A stretch of 64,000 nucleotides of DNA from Carcharhinus amblyrhynchos. Lineage: Eukaryota. Made by a program: the position numbers and the translations under genes. The stretch covers positions 1,302,001 to 1,366,000 of the forward strand of contig OZ336903.1 of assembly GCA_965287045.1 (NCBI GenBank), in the 5' to 3' direction. The notes beneath the pieces were generated by a model. The model was not told where the DNA came from, made no database searches, and worked only from the letters and a program-made list of their open reading frames with translations. Of the stretch, positions 63,020-64,000 are shown one piece after another. Numbering within the stretch: the stretch's first letter is position 1; each line of letters starts with the position of its first letter.

Positions 63020-64000
63020 TCTCCTATATCCAACCATCTCCAACCCAGTCATGTGCCTGTCTAAGTTACTCTTAAATGACTCTAGCGTGTTTGCCTCCAC
63101 CACCTTGCTTGGCAGAGCATTCCATACCCCCACTTCACTCAAGAGAACGGGGATAATAGTGCGGAATTCAGGCAGAGATACTCTGATGTTCTTCTGCAAA
63201 TTGACATAAGGACGCCAAGGAATTGGAGGTGTCCACAACAGTTAATAGAGGATACATCTCCAGTCGGGTAGTTAACAGTGAGGCTGAGTGTCGTGTACTA
63301 CACCATGATATCGATGGAATTGTCAAATCAGCAGATACATGGTAGGTTGAAGTTACATCTGAAAAGTGAGAGGCTGCTATGGGAATTAGGGGGACTGTTG
63401 TGGGGACTCTGATCCAGATTTTCAATTCCTCTATGACCAGTAGGATATGCCAGACGACTGAAGAACAGTTAAATTGGTTCCATTATTTAAGAAGAGCTGA
63501 AAAATAAACAAACAAACTCAGACCAGTGAATTCCACATGAGCGGTAGGGAAACAATAAGAGAAAGTGCTGAAGCAGAGCATCCATCTCTCCTCAGAAAGG
63601 CATCCCTTGATCAGGGATTGGCTGCATGGGCGCGCCAGAATAAGGTCACTCCCAACAAATGGATTTTCTTTTTGAAGAGGTGAGCAGGAATATAGATGGC
63701 GGTCGTGCAGTCAATGTAGTCTATCTGGATTTCAGTAAAGCCTTTGACATGGTCCAACGTGGGAGACTTGCATAAAAGGTTAAATGCTCAAGTTATACTG
63801 TGAAATTTGATAATTGGCACAGTTGTAACAGATAGAGGGTGATGACAGATGGCTGCTTTAGTGAGTGGAAGCCAGTGTCCACTGGCACACCGCAAAGGTC
63901 TTTCCTGGGTCCTCATGACTTGTCATTTATACAAACGACATAGATAACGATGCGGGAGAAGGAATAGTAATTTTGAGGATGACGCAAATCTTGGCCATGT
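63020..64000. mobile_element. CR1 LINE fragments (minus-strand 3' end about 63020-63140; plus-strand RT fragments to the window end)
   Basis: VWNALPSKVVEANTLESFK on the minus strand; VNVVYLDFSKAFD at about 63710-63750 on the plus strand. Confidence 0.8.

Overview
Vertebrate genomic DNA, most likely a shark or other elasmobranch (HE1-type SINE, CR1 LINEs and Penelope-like repeats; two N gaps). The window holds parts of a tandemly duplicated immune cassette with a period of about 37-41 kb. (1) A complete minus-strand CD163/WC1-like group-B SRCR receptor gene spans 41202->21120: two leader exons, 7 SRCR exons, a TM exon with a buried Glu, and a cytoplasmic tail with YEEI/YDDA motifs. SRCR exon 6 has a 1-nt frameshift. 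The first two exons of a paralog lie at 6397->29. (2) Three intact two-exon plus-strand genes encode secreted peptides with a beta-defensin cysteine motif (C-x6-C-x4-C-x11-C-x5-CC). They are split across separate ORFs in the track and differ strongly in the mature peptide. (3) Orphan copies of the SRCR terminal exon lie at about 11 kb and 47.4 kb. (4) A Penelope-like insertion at 862-1285 shows massive A>G substitution with an ADAR-like neighbour bias and is fused to an 18 x 52-bp SINE-derived array. Also present are hammerhead-like cores in inverted Penelope repeats, 43-bp minisatellites, a Harbinger transposase fossil and many LINE/SINE fragments. All exon coordinates were read by hand, and repeat boundaries are approximate.
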